Below are positions 53,559 to 55,699 of a DNA stretch of 55,699 nt, one piece after another. This DNA comes from Thermoanaerobaculia bacterium (GTDB taxonomy: Bacteria > Acidobacteriota > Thermoanaerobaculia > UBA5066 > Gp7-AA6). Position 1 is the stretch's first letter, and each line of letters starts with the position of its first letter. The notes beneath the pieces are model-generated. The model had not been told where the DNA came from. It saw only the letters and a list, made by a program, of their open reading frames with translations, and did not search any database. The position numbers and the translations under genes are program-made. The DNA is taken from assembly GCA_041483715.1 (NCBI GenBank), contig JBGPGG010000003.1:1-55699 (forward strand), in the 5' to 3' direction.

Positions 53559-54814
53559 TCTCGATCGTTTCCGCCGGCTTCTGCTACGCGGTGTTCCTGC
53601 TCTTCGAGACCTTCGCGCTCGCGCTCGACCGGCTCTCGCCGATCAAGGTCCGGGGCCTGCTCGAGGAGCACCCGGAGCGGGCGCGCATCCTCTCGGGCGC
53701 GGGGGAGGTCGAGATCGTCCGCACCACGACGAAAGTCGTCGTCCAGGCCCTGCTCCTGACCGGACTCCTGACGACGGTGTCGGCCCTCGAGGTGTACGAA
53801 GTTCCGAGGCCGTGGCTTCTCGGCGGGATCTTCTTCGTGGTCGGCTGGCTCTTCACGGAGATCGCGCTGCTGCGGCGCGACGCCAACCGCGATCCCGAGA
53901 GGATCGTCGCGCGGTTGCTGCCGGTCATCACGGCGGCCTCCTGGCTGCTGCTGCCGGTCGCGTTCCTGATCCGCCGCATCTTCGCGGGGCGCGCCCCGGG
54001 GCCGGAGAAGCCGGCCGAGGCGACCGAGCAGGAGGTGCGCGCCTACATCGACGTCGGCCGCCAAGAGGGCATCCTCGAGAAAGAGGAGGAGAAGCTGCTG
54101 ATGTCGATCGTCGACTTCGGCGATACGCGCGTGCGGGAGGTCATGACGCCGCGCACGGACATCGTCTGGATCGACGTGGCGTCGTCGCTCACGCTGCTCT
54201 TCGACCTCTTCGTCGAGTCGAAATACTCGCGCATCCCGGTCGTGCGCGGATCCATCGACACGGTGGTCGGCGTCGTCCACGTCAAGGATGCCCTCCAGGC
54301 CATCCGCTCCGGCGCCAACCGATCGATCGCGGAGCTCATGCGCGAGGCCAACTTCGTGCCGGAGACGAAGAAGGTCTCGGAGCTCCTGCGCGAGTTCCAG
54401 CGGCGCCACCTCTGGATGGCGATCGTCGTGGACGAGTACGGCGGAGTGTCGGGCCTCGTCACCGTCGAGGACCTCCTCGAGGAGATCGTGGGCGAGATCT
54501 CGGACGAGCACGAGGACGAGCGCGAGCCGGTCTCGAAGGCCGGCGAGAGCGCCTATTCCGTCTCCGGCAAGGCGAACATCGACGTCGTGCGGGACCTCTT
54601 CGGCCGCGGGCCCGAGGAAGAGGAGTTCACGACCGTGGGCGGGCTGCTGACGAGCCGCCTCGGACACATCCCGAAGCCGGGGGAGATCCACAAGGAGTCG
54701 GGACTGCGTTTCACCGTCGAAGAGGCGGACCGACGGCGCGTCCACCGGGTGCGGATCGAGCCGGCTTCGCCCGTGTCGGCGCCGGAGCCGGCTCCGGTCG
54801 GGAAGGGCTCGTAG
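53555..54814 (+). CDS. CNNM/CorC-family protein (DUF21 TM domain + CBS pair + CorC_HlyC)
   Basis: 419 aa. ..EQEVRAYIDVG..EGILEKEE..L..S...F.DT.VREVMTPR.DIV..D.. and ..EEIVGEI.DEH... ATGA overlap with ybeY. Confidence 0.9.
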   Translation: MISIVSAGFCYAVFLLFETFALALDRLSPIKVRGLLEEHPERARILSGAGEVEIVRTTTKVVVQALLLTGLLTTVSALEVYEVPRPWLLGGIFFVVGWLFTEIALLRRDANRDPERIVARLLPVITAASWLLLPVAFLIRRIFAGRAPGPEKPAEATEQEVRAYIDVGRQEGILEKEEEKLLMSIVDFGDTRVREVMTPRTDIVWIDVASSLTLLFDLFVESKYSRIPVVRGSIDTVVGVVHVKDALQAIRSGANRSIAELMREANFVPETKKVSELLREFQRRHLWMAIVVDEYGGVSGLVTVEDLLEEIVGEISDEHEDEREPVSKAGESAYSVSGKANIDVVRDLFGRGPEEEEFTTVGGLLTSRLGHIPKPGEIHKESGLRFTVEEADRRRVHRVRIEPASPVSAPEPAPVGKGS

Positions 54815-55699
54815 TGCGAGCCGGCGAGGTTGCCGTCGTCGGGCGGCCCAACGCGGGCAAGTCCACGCTCGTCAACGCGCTCGTCGGGGAGAAGGTCGCT
54901 ATCGTTTCGGACAAGCCGCAGACGACGCGGCGCAGGATCCTCGGCGTCGTCCGCCGCCCCGACTGCGAAATCGCGCTCGTCGACACGCCCGGGATCCACC
55001 GTCCCCAGTACCGCATGAACACGGCCATGGTCCGCGAGGCGACCGACGCGCTCTCGACGGCCGATGCGATCCTGTTCGTCATTGATGCGGCCGACGAGCG
55101 CGGTCCGGGAGAGACCTTCATCCGCGAGCTCGTCGCGCGCGCTGGAACGCCGGCGATTCTTGCGGTCAACAAGATCGATCTCCTGGAGAAGTCCAGCCTG
55201 TTGCCCCTTCTGGCCGAGCTCTCGGAGCCGCAGACGTTCCGGGACATCGTGCCGATCTCGGCCAGGACCGGCGAGAGCGTCGAGCGGCTCCTGGACGTCC
55301 TGGCGACACACCTGCCCCAGGGCGAGGCGGCTTACCCCGGGGATTTCCTGACGGCGACCCCGGAGACGGAATGGATCGGGGAAGTCATTCGAGAGAAGCT
55401 CCTCGAGCGCACGCGCGACGAGCTCCCGTTCGCGCACGCCGTCCTCATCGAATCCGTCCGCGAAGGGAAGGGCAAGGACATCACGGTCGTCACGGCGTCC
55501 ATCGTCGTCGAGCGCGAGGGGCAGAAGGGCATCATCGTCGGAAAGGGCGGGACGATGATCCGGGACATCGGAAAGGCCGCGCGCGAGGAGCTCGAGCAGG
55601 ATCTCGGCCGCCGGTTTTTCCTGGAGCTGACCGTGCGCGTCCGGCCCGACTGGAGGAACGACGATCGGTTCCTCTCGCAGCTGCGCGGGGTGCCAGGGC
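54814..55699 (+). CDS. era: GTPase Era (3' end lies outside the window)
   Basis: Not in the ORF track because it has no stop within the window. GTG 54814 overlaps the upstream TAG. It reads ..VAVVGRPNAGKSTLVNALVGEKVAIVSDKPQTTR..DTPG..NKID.. plus the KH domain ..VVEREGQKGIIVGKGG.MI..IG..AR. Confidence 0.93.
   Translation, partial: MRAGEVAVVGRPNAGKSTLVNALVGEKVAIVSDKPQTTRRRILGVVRRPDCEIALVDTPGIHRPQYRMNTAMVREATDALSTADAILFVIDAADERGPGETFIRELVARAGTPAILAVNKIDLLEKSSLLPLLAELSEPQTFRDIVPISARTGESVERLLDVLATHLPQGEAAYPGDFLTATPETEWIGEVIREKLLERTRDELPFAHAVLIESVREGKGKDITVVTASIVVEREGQKGIIVGKGGTMIRDIGKAAREELEQDLGRRFFLELTVRVRPDWRNDDRFLSQLRGVPG

Overview
GC-rich bacterial chromosomal window, densely coding, mostly housekeeping. 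The gene content (many TPR Ser/Thr kinases, ECF/ZAS pairs) suggests an Acidobacteriota-like lineage, but that is inference only. Order of genes: a nuoB-C-D-H-I-J-K-L-M-N operon with no nuoEFG; atpZ-atpI-atpB-atpE (F0 a and c only) ending in a clean terminator; an ECF sigma/ZAS anti-sigma pair; a GHMP kinase; cupin and argS; SRPBCC, a DnaC-like ATPase and a SPOR-SpoIID lipoprotein; acyl-CoA dehydrogenase, meaB (in-frame TAG), methylmalonyl-CoA epimerase and an unknown ORF; aroF-carA-lolC/E; yefM-yoeB; two tandem paralogous Ser/Thr kinases; carB; O-antigen-ligase-like protein, M23 peptidase and GGDEF; a RES-Xre toxin-antitoxin pair; aroC; a CpxP-like/ECF sigma/ZAS operon; a UvrD-like helicase; an FHA protein; a CDO-like cupin; an IPMDH/tartrate dehydrogenase family enzyme; and phoH-HD(PgpH-like)-ybeY-corC-era. 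I found no rRNA, tRNA, CRISPR array, transposase or integrase. I did not recognise a new multi-gene system; the unusual signals are at the sequence level. (1) Tandem heptanucleotide arrays, with different units, fill at least six intergenic spacers, three of them inside the nuo operon. (2) A TANNNT -10-like hexamer sits 6-9 nt before the start codon, with no Shine-Dalgarno (SD) sequence, at about a dozen operon-first genes, which suggests leaderless mRNAs. (3) Two genes show evidence pointing to non-canonical ATT starts. (4) An otherwise intact meaB carries an in-frame TAG. (5) The ATP synthase c subunit has a signal-peptide-like extension and a partial Na+-binding signature.
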